DNA of 64,000 nt, taken from assembly GCA_965117045.1 (NCBI GenBank), contig OZ220749.1, positions 2,309,817 to 2,373,816 of the forward strand. Direction: 5' to 3'. The notes under the pieces were generated by a model. It was not told where the DNA came from. It made no database searches and saw nothing but the letters and a program-made list of their open reading frames with translations. The position numbers and the translations under genes were made by a program. Positions 56,173 to 64,000 of this stretch are shown in pieces; positions within the stretch are counted from its first letter, which is position 1; each line of letters opens with the position of its first letter. Source of the stretch: a bacterium. GTDB lineage: Bacteria; JAAXHH01.

Positions 56173-57684
56173 GTGCCAGACTGCTTCCATGACCATCATA
56201 ACCTGACCATGCCCAATTCCACGCCCAACATCATCTACATCCTCGCCGACGACATGGGATACGGCGACATGGGGTGCAACAACCCCGATTCGAAGATCCC
56301 GACGCCCCACCTGGACATGCTCGCCGGGGAAGGCATGCGGTTCACCGACGCCCACGCCCCGTCGAGCGTATGCACGCCGAGCCGTTACGCCCTGCTGACC
56401 GGCCGGTACTGCTGGCGCACGCCCCTTCAGAACAGCGTCCTGTGGCCCTACGATCCGCCGCTGATCGAACCCGGGCGGCTCACGGCGGCGGAGTTGCTAC
56501 GCCAGCAAGGATACCGGACTGCTTGCATCGGGAAATGGCACCTGGGCTGGGAGTGGGCCACCACGGACGGGAAGCCCGCCCACGAGGGCACGGCAGTGGG
56601 CAGGCTGGACCGGGAACTGCGGGAGGAACGGGAACGGCAGGTCGATTTCGGCCAGCCCATGCGCGGCGGGCCGGTAGATTGCGGGTTCGACACCTATTTC
56701 GGCGTGGACGTACCGAATTTCCCTCCCTACACCTGGTTCGAGCAGGACCGCCTCGCCGGGGAGCCTTCGGTAACCAAGCCCGAGGACATGTTCGGATGGC
56801 CCGGCGCCGCAAAACCCGGCTGGTCGCTCGAGGAGATGATCCCCGCATTCATACGCCGCGCGGTAAATTACATCGAATCCTCCGGACCCGATCCGTTTTT
56901 CCTCTACTTCCCGCTCACGTCGCCTCACACGCCCATCGTGCCCAATGCGCCGTTCATCGGCCGCAGCGGCTCGGGGCTATACGGCGACTTCGTGTGCGAG
57001 GTGGACTGGGTGGTGGGCCAGATCATGGCGGCCCTGGAGCGCCGCGGCATCGCCGACGACACCCTGCTGATCTTCACGAGCGACAACGGGCCGGAATGCG
57101 CCCCGGCCGCGGACGGCGGAAGCTACGAGCACGCACGTATACACGGCCACTACAGCATGGGGAACTTGCGCGGCGTCAAGCGCGACGTGTGGGAGGGCGG
57201 ACACCGCGTTCCCTTCCTTGCCCGGTGGCCGAGTGTTGTGCCCGCCGGTTCGGTCTGCGACCAGCTTACTACCTTGGGCGATTTCATGGCGACCTGCGCA
57301 GAGATTACCGACTTCGGTCTGCGCGAGGACGAAGGCGAGGACAGTGTAAGCATGCTGCCGCTGCTGCAGGGTGATACGGACGCCCCGGTGCGGGATTTCG
57401 CAATACACCACAGTTGCCACGGGACCTTCGCCATTCGCAGGGACGATTGGGTCTACATCGACGCCCCGGACGGGGACGACAACAACGAACCCGACTGGTT
57501 CAAGGAGGAGCGGGGCTATACCGCCCACGATTTTCCCGGTGAACTGTTCAATCTCGACGTCGACATTTCGGAACGGATAAACCGGTACGGTGACCATCCC
57601 GAGCTCGTCCGGGAGATGTCGCAGATGCTGGAACGGGTGAAGTCGGAAGACATCGCGGAAAGGCCGTCTCCGGAAGTGGGTTGA
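56173..57684 (+). CDS. Arylsulfatase (formylglycine-dependent sulfatase family)
   Basis: SSVCTPSRYALLTGRY is the CxPxR signature. N-terminal IIYILADDMGYGD. No obvious signal peptide. An alternative start is the ATG at 56209. Confidence 0.85.
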   Translation: MPDCFHDHHNLTMPNSTPNIIYILADDMGYGDMGCNNPDSKIPTPHLDMLAGEGMRFTDAHAPSSVCTPSRYALLTGRYCWRTPLQNSVLWPYDPPLIEPGRLTAAELLRQQGYRTACIGKWHLGWEWATTDGKPAHEGTAVGRLDRELREERERQVDFGQPMRGGPVDCGFDTYFGVDVPNFPPYTWFEQDRLAGEPSVTKPEDMFGWPGAAKPGWSLEEMIPAFIRRAVNYIESSGPDPFFLYFPLTSPHTPIVPNAPFIGRSGSGLYGDFVCEVDWVVGQIMAALERRGIADDTLLIFTSDNGPECAPAADGGSYEHARIHGHYSMGNLRGVKRDVWEGGHRVPFLARWPSVVPAGSVCDQLTTLGDFMATCAEITDFGLREDEGEDSVSMLPLLQGDTDAPVRDFAIHHSCHGTFAIRRDDWVYIDAPDGDDNNEPDWFKEERGYTAHDFPGELFNLDVDISERINRYGDHPELVREMSQMLERVKSEDIAERPSPEVG

Positions 57685-57702
57685 TGTTTATTCTCCATCC
57701 TA

Positions 57703-58146
57703 ATGGAGCCCGTCCTCTTGAACGAGTCCAGGTACCCCGAACCCACCGCCGGCGCGCTGATTCAGGATCCCGAGGGCAGGATCCTGCTGCTCAAGTCCCA
57801 CAAGTTCAATGACCTGTATGCCATACCCGGCGGACATATCGAACTCGGGGAGACGGCGGAGGAAGCGCTGCGCAGAGAGATCCGGGAAGAAACCGGGCTC
57901 GAAATACATGACGTGGAGTTTTTGCTCTACCAGGATTTCGTTTTCGACGACGCCTTCTGGAAGAAAAAGCATTTTATTTTCCTGGATTTCATCTGCCGGT
58001 CCGACTGTACAGAAGTGGAGATAAACGAAGAAGCGCAGGACTACGTATGGTCGGCCCCGGAAGATGCACTGGCGCTTCCGATCGACCGCTACACGGCCAG
58101 GGCCATCGAGGCCCTGTTGGCCAGGCGGAGTTCGAACGGGAAATGA
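57703..58146 (+). CDS. NUDIX hydrolase
   Basis: Nudix box GGHIELGETAEEALRREIREETGL. Confidence 0.8.
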   Translation: MEPVLLNESRYPEPTAGALIQDPEGRILLLKSHKFNDLYAIPGGHIELGETAEEALRREIREETGLEIHDVEFLLYQDFVFDDAFWKKKHFIFLDFICRSDCTEVEINEEAQDYVWSAPEDALALPIDRYTARAIEALLARRSSNGK

Positions 58147-58808
58147 TTCGATGTGTGCTCTTTGATCTGGATGGTACGCTGATCGACACGTTGGAACTGT
58201 ACATTCAGGCCGCGAAACGTACCCTTAGAGAGATCTTGTTCGACGAAGTGTCCACTGAGCGTCTTACGACGTTGCGGCCGAACTCCGAACCGCGGCTTCT
58301 GGGGCATTTTGTACCACCTGGCGAAGTGGATGCCGCCCATCGCCGGTTTCTGGCAAATTATGACCTGCTTCACGGTGAGTACTTCGACGGGGTCTATCCC
58401 GGCGTTGACGGGCTGTTGACATTGTTGCGCAGCCGGGGCATCAAGACGGGAATCGTTTCCGGAAAAAGCCGTGGCGCCTGGGAGATCACGCTTCGCCACG
58501 TCCCACTGCCGCCATTCGACACGCTGGTCTTCGATGACGACGTTTCCATGCCCAAGCCGGACTGCGAGGGTATCTTAAAGGCGCTGGCCAACCTGGAGGC
58601 TTCGCCGGCCGAGACTGTCTACGTCGGTGATTCGACGAGTGACTTGGAAGCGTCAGCTCGAGCTGGAGTCCGGTTTCTGGCTGCAACGTGGTCGAAGGCC
58701 GACACGGAAACCGATTCGTTTGAAAAGGCCGCAGCCGCGATCGGTCCGTATACAGGTGTGGACCATCCCGGTGAGGTCGAACGGTATCTGCAGCACGCCA
58801 GAAGCTGA
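58143..58808 (+). CDS. HAD-family hydrolase (phosphoglycolate phosphatase-like)
   Basis: Motif I LFDLDGTLIDT, then SGKSR, then GDSTSD. The ATG at 58143 overlaps the NUDIX stop as ATGA; the track ORF starts at 58047. Confidence 0.75.
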   Translation: MIRCVLFDLDGTLIDTLELYIQAAKRTLREILFDEVSTERLTTLRPNSEPRLLGHFVPPGEVDAAHRRFLANYDLLHGEYFDGVYPGVDGLLTLLRSRGIKTGIVSGKSRGAWEITLRHVPLPPFDTLVFDDDVSMPKPDCEGILKALANLEASPAETVYVGDSTSDLEASARAGVRFLAATWSKADTETDSFEKAAAAIGPYTGVDHPGEVERYLQHARS

Positions 58809-58824
58809 CGCGGCAGAATACACC

Positions 58825-59664
58825 ATGCCCGACTACAACTACCATTTCCATCGCGATGATATTGGGGCGGCCCTTGCCTGCCTGGATGAACACGGCTTCT
58901 GCGTCATCCAGCAACTGATCGGTCCGGACATGGTCGCCGCGCTGAAGGATTCCATCGACCGGCACCTGGATCCGGAAGGCGACCTGCCCCCGGCATCAAA
59001 CCGGTATCACATGGCCTTCGCCGAGGACAGCGAGCCCGTCTGGGACCTGGTCGACCACCCGGCCTACATGCAGTTCATTCGCACCGTGCACGGCACGGAC
59101 GATCTCTGCCTGCATCGCTCCGCGGCCATCCTGCGCACACCGGGCGAGGGCATGGGCCGCTGGCACCAGGACCACCGGGGTCACATCGAGAAACCGCAAC
59201 GGGCCAATGACGTCCTGAACCGGTTTCCCATTCCGAGTGGCGCATGGTTCTATCTCAACGGAAGCCATCCGGATCGCAGCGGCATCGCGGTCATCGAGAA
59301 GTCGCACCATCTCGAGTGGGACGGCCCCGAAGGGTTCGTCATGGGACCGGATCGAGCCGGCCTGTACCCCGAGGGCGGTACGCCCGATACCCCCTATGAC
59401 GGGATGACCGTGCCCGGCTACGTCCCGGTCATCGCCGACCCCGGCGACCTGATCTGCTTCGCCGCGCTCACCTGGCACGCCAACATGGCCACCCGCGAGC
59501 GGCGCTATTCCTGCGGTATCGGTTTCCGCCCCAAATCCTGGCGCATCGACGCGCCATGGCCGTTGCCCGATACGGCCGCCGCCCTCGCCGAACGTCTTCC
59601 TGATCGCCTCAAGCATTTCACCGACGGCTATACGGGTTTCGACGGGGAATGGAAGGCGGGGTGA
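58825..59664 (+). CDS. Phytanoyl-CoA dioxygenase (PhyH) family protein
   Basis: WHQDHRGH...LTWHAN gives the HxD...H. Start at ATG 58825 (MPDYNYHF); the track ORF starts at 58627. Confidence 0.55.
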   Translation: MPDYNYHFHRDDIGAALACLDEHGFCVIQQLIGPDMVAALKDSIDRHLDPEGDLPPASNRYHMAFAEDSEPVWDLVDHPAYMQFIRTVHGTDDLCLHRSAAILRTPGEGMGRWHQDHRGHIEKPQRANDVLNRFPIPSGAWFYLNGSHPDRSGIAVIEKSHHLEWDGPEGFVMGPDRAGLYPEGGTPDTPYDGMTVPGYVPVIADPGDLICFAALTWHANMATRERRYSCGIGFRPKSWRIDAPWPLPDTAAALAERLPDRLKHFTDGYTGFDGEWKAG

Positions 59665-59695
59665 GGTTGCCGGCCTCGACAGACGCGGGTAAGCC

Positions 59696-60514
59696 ATGAG
59701 TTTTCAATCACCAGAACCCGCCGATCTTCCCGATCCCGTCCAGTCTCGCCTCAGGGGTTATTCCTCCGACGGCCGAAATCTCCGGACCGAGTCGTGCTCG
59801 AATGTGTACCTCTTCACGCACCGGTTGGGGCGGAAGCCAGGTCTGATCCTCAAGACGCGAGACGTCCGGCTGAGACCGCAGGAACCGGACCTGCTGGCGG
59901 AGACCGTGGCCCTGACGTGGTTGCAGGACAAGCTCCCGGTACCCGAATACCGTTGTTTTCACGTGGAAGGAGATATGCAATACCTGCTCATGACACAGTT
60001 GGATGGCGTAACAGGGATTCATCAGGAAGCGACGAAAGATCCAGCTCGTCTCGTTGCGGAATTCGCACGGGGCCTGCGCGAAGCGCACGCGCTGGATATC
60101 GGATCCTGTCCCATGGATTGGCGCATGTCGCGGTTCTTTCCCTGGGCGGAGGGCCTGATCAACGGAGGTTCGTTTGACGATCGGATCCCGGCAGGTGGGA
60201 CCAGAGACCGTCTAAGGGAAGAACTCGATGCGGTCAGAGCCGCTCTGCCCGAGGAGGAAGACCTGGTCTTCACCCACGGTGATTACTGCCTGCCCAACGT
60301 CATGTTCCAGGACGGCATGCTGACCGGTTACATAGACTTTGGTTTCGCGGGAATCGGCGACCGGTACATGGATTTCGTGTCTGCGAGCTGGACGATACAG
60401 AGGAACCTGGGCGAGGTATGGATCGCCCCGTTCTTCCACGCTTATGGTCTCGAGCATCCCGACCAGGAGAAAATGGGGGCCTGGCAAAGCGTGTTCGAAT
60501 TTGTCTTTCGATAG
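59696..60514 (+). CDS. Aminoglycoside 3'-phosphotransferase-like kinase (APH(3') family)
   Basis: THGDYCLPNVMF...GYIDFGFAGIGDRYMD closely parallels the catalytic and DFG-like regions of APH(3') enzymes. Confidence 0.65.
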   Translation: MSFQSPEPADLPDPVQSRLRGYSSDGRNLRTESCSNVYLFTHRLGRKPGLILKTRDVRLRPQEPDLLAETVALTWLQDKLPVPEYRCFHVEGDMQYLLMTQLDGVTGIHQEATKDPARLVAEFARGLREAHALDIGSCPMDWRMSRFFPWAEGLINGGSFDDRIPAGGTRDRLREELDAVRAALPEEEDLVFTHGDYCLPNVMFQDGMLTGYIDFGFAGIGDRYMDFVSASWTIQRNLGEVWIAPFFHAYGLEHPDQEKMGAWQSVFEFVFR

Positions 60515-60550
60515 GATGAAGGCTCACGAACGCCACACCGACGGGAGGCG

Positions 60551-61465
60551 ATGTCCGTGAACGTACCCCACGACCAGGTCCAAACCATCCTTCGCGAGGC
60601 GGCCGACCAGATCGTCATGCCGCTCTGGCGGAACCTGGGTCAGGACGACGTCACCGAGAAGAGCGCGGGCGATTTGACAACGGTCGCGGATACCCGGTGC
60701 GAGGCGTTCCTGGCGTCTCACCTGCCCGGACTGATCGAAGGTTCGCTGGTCCTGGGCGAAGAGAGCGTCCATGAAGATCCCGGTCTGCTGGCCGCCCTGC
60801 ACACGGACGCCCCGGTCTGGGTCATCGACCCGCTGGACGGTACGCGGTACTTTGCTGCGGGCGAGCCAAAATTCGCCATCATGGTCTGTCTCATCCAATC
60901 GGGGATGACCATCGGGGCATGGATTCTCAATCCACTAAGCGGTGTACTGACCAATGCGGAGCGGGGATGTGGCGCTTTTGAGCAGGATGAGCACGCGGTC
61001 CGTGAATCCACGCGCCTGGGCACCGGCCCCACGACCCTGGACACCGACTGCACGAGCCAGGGCGCCGACCCCAAACGCCTGGTCGTCGACCCATCGCCCT
61101 TACCCCTGGAACGCACCCGCGGCGTGGCCATGACGTGGTACCTCCCGGACTCGCTTAAGCCCACCGCAGATGCGGCGCTCGATACCTTCCTGTTCATAGA
61201 ACGCACCCGGTGCGCAGGCCACAACTATCCTTCCTTTGCGAAGAACGAACTGCATTTCCTGTTCTTCTACCGTACCCTGGTCTGGGATCACGCGCCGGGG
61301 GTTCTGATCGCGCAGGAAGCAGGCGGCCTGGTTCGCCGCCTGGATGGTACGGAGTATTCCCCTGTGGACGACCGCAAGGGGTTGTTGTGCGCCAACAGCC
61401 CGAAAATGTGGACATCGGTACAGCGGACGCTGGTGCCGTCCATCGAGGTTGCAGGCACGATCTAG
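60551..61465 (+). CDS. Inositol monophosphatase / CysQ family phosphatase
   Basis: WVIDPLDGT metal-binding motif and a downstream WD..AG region. GGGAGG lies upstream of the ATG. Confidence 0.8.
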   Translation: MSVNVPHDQVQTILREAADQIVMPLWRNLGQDDVTEKSAGDLTTVADTRCEAFLASHLPGLIEGSLVLGEESVHEDPGLLAALHTDAPVWVIDPLDGTRYFAAGEPKFAIMVCLIQSGMTIGAWILNPLSGVLTNAERGCGAFEQDEHAVRESTRLGTGPTTLDTDCTSQGADPKRLVVDPSPLPLERTRGVAMTWYLPDSLKPTADAALDTFLFIERTRCAGHNYPSFAKNELHFLFFYRTLVWDHAPGVLIAQEAGGLVRRLDGTEYSPVDDRKGLLCANSPKMWTSVQRTLVPSIEVAGTI

Positions 61466-61478
61466 TCGCGTTCTATCG

Positions 61479-61513
61479 AAAAAAAACAGGCGGGCTGTGC
61501 TGCTGCCCGCCTG
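61479..61513 (-). terminator. Rho-independent terminator for the minus-strand gene 61608-62381
   Basis: Hairpin CAGGCGGGC-tgtgctgct-GCCCGCCTG (9-bp GC-rich stem) followed on the minus strand by an 8-nt U-run (A8 on the plus strand at 61479-61486). Confidence 0.45.
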
Positions 61514-61607
61514 CCATTGTGGCTGAGCCTAAGCTTGACGCGGCCCCGCTTCTTCCACGGCGCCGCGCCCGGCCGCGAAGGGCCAGTTCACGATACGAGG
61601 CGTGCCT

Positions 61608-62381
61608 TCACCTCGTATCGATCGGCTGGGCCGTACTTGTGATATAGGCCGGCGGATCAAGCCGCCATACCCGTGATTCGTCCACGACCTTTTTCAGGAT
61701 CTCATACGCGCTGTCGACCGAATCCGAAGCCTCTTCAAACCGATCAGCGGGTGCGGGATATACACCGGCAGATCCTCCCATGGATTCGGACGACTTCGAA
61801 TTCCCGGTGGATGCGTCATACACCAGCCCAAGGTTGAATAACACCGGTTTGCTCTCCGATTTGCCGTCACTGGCATAGATGACCGCCGGCAGAACGGGAA
61901 CGATACCGACGTTCCCGTATACAGACGCGAATTCGGCCGGCGTTACGTTACTCCGGGGCCGGATGACGAATCGACTGCCGTACCGATCGACACAGAGCAG
62001 CGCTTCCTCGGGGGATCGAATGCCCAGCCTGCCTGGAATCGCGATACCGAACCGGTATGTAACAATGTCCTCCTCATAGTCCGACGCCGGATCCCCCTCG
62101 AACTCCAAGTCCGTCCCGGGACCCGCAGGGAACAGGACGACGCGTGAACGACCACAGACCGGGCCGTTTACGACCGGAGGGTGATTGGGACCGTGGTGCA
62201 CGAGTCGAACCACGGATTCCGGCAGGGAAACGGGCGAAGTTGATTGCCCATGCCGCGCCGGTTCCATCTGGCGCTCAGGCAGCGATTCCGGCACAGGAAT
62301 GCCGTCGATGGCCCACGCGATCGCAAACGTCGCGACGAGTATGGGGACGAACAGGTATGAGAAAACAGAACGCCGTCGCAT
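61608..62381 (-). CDS. Hypothetical membrane-anchored/secreted protein
   Basis: N-terminal hydrophobic segment VFSYLFVPILVATFAIAWAI. No family recognised. Confidence 0.35.
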   Translation of the reverse strand: MRRRSVFSYLFVPILVATFAIAWAIDGIPVPESLPERQMEPARHGQSTSPVSLPESVVRLVHHGPNHPPVVNGPVCGRSRVVLFPAGPGTDLEFEGDPASDYEEDIVTYRFGIAIPGRLGIRSPEEALLCVDRYGSRFVIRPRSNVTPAEFASVYGNVGIVPVLPAVIYASDGKSESKPVLFNLGLVYDASTGNSKSSESMGGSAGVYPAPADRFEEASDSVDSAYEILKKVVDESRVWRLDPPAYITSTAQPIDTR

Positions 62382-62777
62382 AGGTAGCTCCTTGTTGCAT
62401 GGTAAGAGAGGTTAGCCAGGAACTACGAACACGAAGGTCCGGAGGAGAGCGTGACTGCCAGCTGCTGTTGATGACATCCGGCAGCCCGGCTTTTATGTCT
62501 GAATCGTTTTCGACAATGATGACAGGGGATGAAGAGACCGGCAGCAGGATCTCGCGCGAAAGGGAATTGACGTGCAATCCGCACAAATCCACCACCAGGT
62601 CCAGAGACAGCCTGTCCTGCATAAACGAGAAGCATTTGCACACCCAGATCCTGATCATGATCATTCCTCGCGGAGGCGTCGTGACGGACGGTGTCTCTAC
62701 CCTGTTTTACTACCGCGGTGATTTACGGGTTCCCGGAAAATGCGAACGGACGAATTCGGGTCGGTTCATGCCGCCAT

Positions 62778-63983
62778 TCAGGCACGGGGAACATTGGGTG
62801 GCCGCAATCCGGTATACCTGGCCCGCGGCCGGATGAGCTGGTCCCTTTCGTACTGCTCGATCGCGTGTCCGATCCATCCGGCCGTGCGGCCGAGAGCGAA
62901 CAGGGCCATGGCGCTGCCTTCGGGCATGTTGAGGACGCGCACCAGTGCCGTGAGGGCCAGGTCGATGTTGTACCGGTCCGGGACCAGGCGGTGGGCCGTT
63001 TCGATGATTTCCCGCGCAAGCTGCAGGTCCTTTGATCCCGGAAACCGATCCTCCAGCTTGCGCAACAGCAGGCTCGCCCGCGGGTCCACGTCGCGGTAAA
63101 CGGCGTGGCCGAAACCGGGGATCTTCTCACCGATCCGCAACCGGTTTGCAATCGCCCGTTCAACGCTGCCGATTGATTCCGCCTCCTGAAACAGGGCTTC
63201 GACGCGCTCGCTGGCGGCGCCGTGCTTGTAGCCGCGCAGCGCGGCGAGTCCCGCGCAGACCGCACTGTAGGGCGTCGTACCGGCCGATGCGGCGCATCGC
63301 ACGGTAAAGGTCGATACATTCAACTCGTGATCCGCGAACAGCACCAGGGTCGTGTTGATCAGCTCCGCCGCGCCATCAATGTCCGGCGCCCAGGCCCTTC
63401 GCAAGGCCTGGGCGATCCCGCCCATCGGATCTTCGCCCGTGGCCACACCCGTCATGAACCAGAGAATCCGCATGCCCGTCGCGGCAACCGTGTCCCGCCG
63501 CAGGTCCAGCGCGGCCAGGTCATCCGCTTCGGCCAGGGGAAGCAGTGTCTGAAAGCGTTCGACGGGCTTGAGCTTATCCAATTTCAACCAGCTTTCGCGG
63601 TAATCTCTCTGATAGGTGTTCGAGAAAATCGGAAAGGAAAACCGCTTGTCATTCGTCCAGAGCAGGGCCGCGACGCGCTCGAACGATTCGTTCGCCGCAA
63701 GGATCGTCGCGTCCCGTCCCCGGTAGAACAGCCGTTCATCCGTGATCAGCGTTATCGCCGATTCCAGGATCGGATCCCCGGAGTGCAGGGCCCGTTTTAC
63801 CGCCCATCCCGGATTCCGGCGGGCTCTCTTGCGGGTCTTCAACCGCTCGATATCCTCACTGCGGTACAGTCGCTTTCGCCGGCCTTCGCCGCTTTCTTCG
63901 GACCGGACCATGCCGCGGCTCACATAGGCATAGAGCGTCGACAGACTGATATTCAGCGCGGAAGCCGCTTCGGTGGATGTCAT
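62778..63983 (-). CDS. Helix-turn-helix (MerR/excisionase-type) domain fused to citrate-synthase-like domain protein
   Basis: N-terminal AASALNISLSTLYAYVSRGMV is an HTH. The C-terminal half has IPGFGHAVY, which matches the citrate synthase GFGH(R/A)VY signature. Confidence 0.55.
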   Translation of the reverse strand: MTSTEAASALNISLSTLYAYVSRGMVRSEESGEGRRKRLYRSEDIERLKTRKRARRNPGWAVKRALHSGDPILESAITLITDERLFYRGRDATILAANESFERVAALLWTNDKRFSFPIFSNTYQRDYRESWLKLDKLKPVERFQTLLPLAEADDLAALDLRRDTVAATGMRILWFMTGVATGEDPMGGIAQALRRAWAPDIDGAAELINTTLVLFADHELNVSTFTVRCAASAGTTPYSAVCAGLAALRGYKHGAASERVEALFQEAESIGSVERAIANRLRIGEKIPGFGHAVYRDVDPRASLLLRKLEDRFPGSKDLQLAREIIETAHRLVPDRYNIDLALTALVRVLNMPEGSAMALFALGRTAGWIGHAIEQYERDQLIRPRARYTGLRPPNVPRA

Positions 63984-64000
63984 GTATCTTCTGCTGTTCA

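Overview
This window is a high-GC chromosomal stretch from an uncultured-type environmental bacterium, with genes on both strands. Whether its GC exceeds 60% is estimated by eye, not computed. Most genes are metabolic or housekeeping: folD, hisG-hisC, xth, a topoisomerase A subunit, an arylsulfatase, two tandem DUF2961/GH172-like paralogs, four PhyH-family dioxygenases, two 800-aa FtsX-type permeases and three APH-family kinases. Between about 13.8 kb and 26.06 kb lies a foreign-looking low-GC segment (core 15.95-26.06 kb, roughly 40-45% GC). It carries no integrase, transposase or tRNA that I could find. Every gene in it looks defence-related: two VapBC-type toxin-antitoxin pairs; a plus-strand pair of unknown proteins (358 aa, then 722 aa with a NERD-like PD-(D/E/Q)xK core and a C-terminal SEC-C zinc motif); and a convergent minus-strand four-gene cluster (HamA-like small PD-(D/E)xK protein, 1173-aa SF2 DEGH helicase, beta-class SPPY DNA methyltransferase, PD-ExK restriction endonuclease). 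I read this as a defence island and consider the 358-aa/722-aa pair the best candidate for an undescribed system; the helicase module looks like an enlarged Hachiman variant. Elsewhere there is an intact HigBA pair and a second HigA whose HigB has decayed into a pseudogene. Short tandem DNA repeats recur at gene 3' ends (4x20 bp, 3.5x16 bp, 2x39 bp). There is an in-frame 9-bp x5 repeat inside an acetoacetate-decarboxylase-family gene. Several unusual fusions are present: Rieske plus a large unknown domain, S8 protease plus HEAT repeats, tandem MBL folds, and HTH plus a citrate-synthase-like domain. Many long antisense ORFs in the track are GC-driven artefacts. No rRNA, tRNA or CRISPR array was seen.
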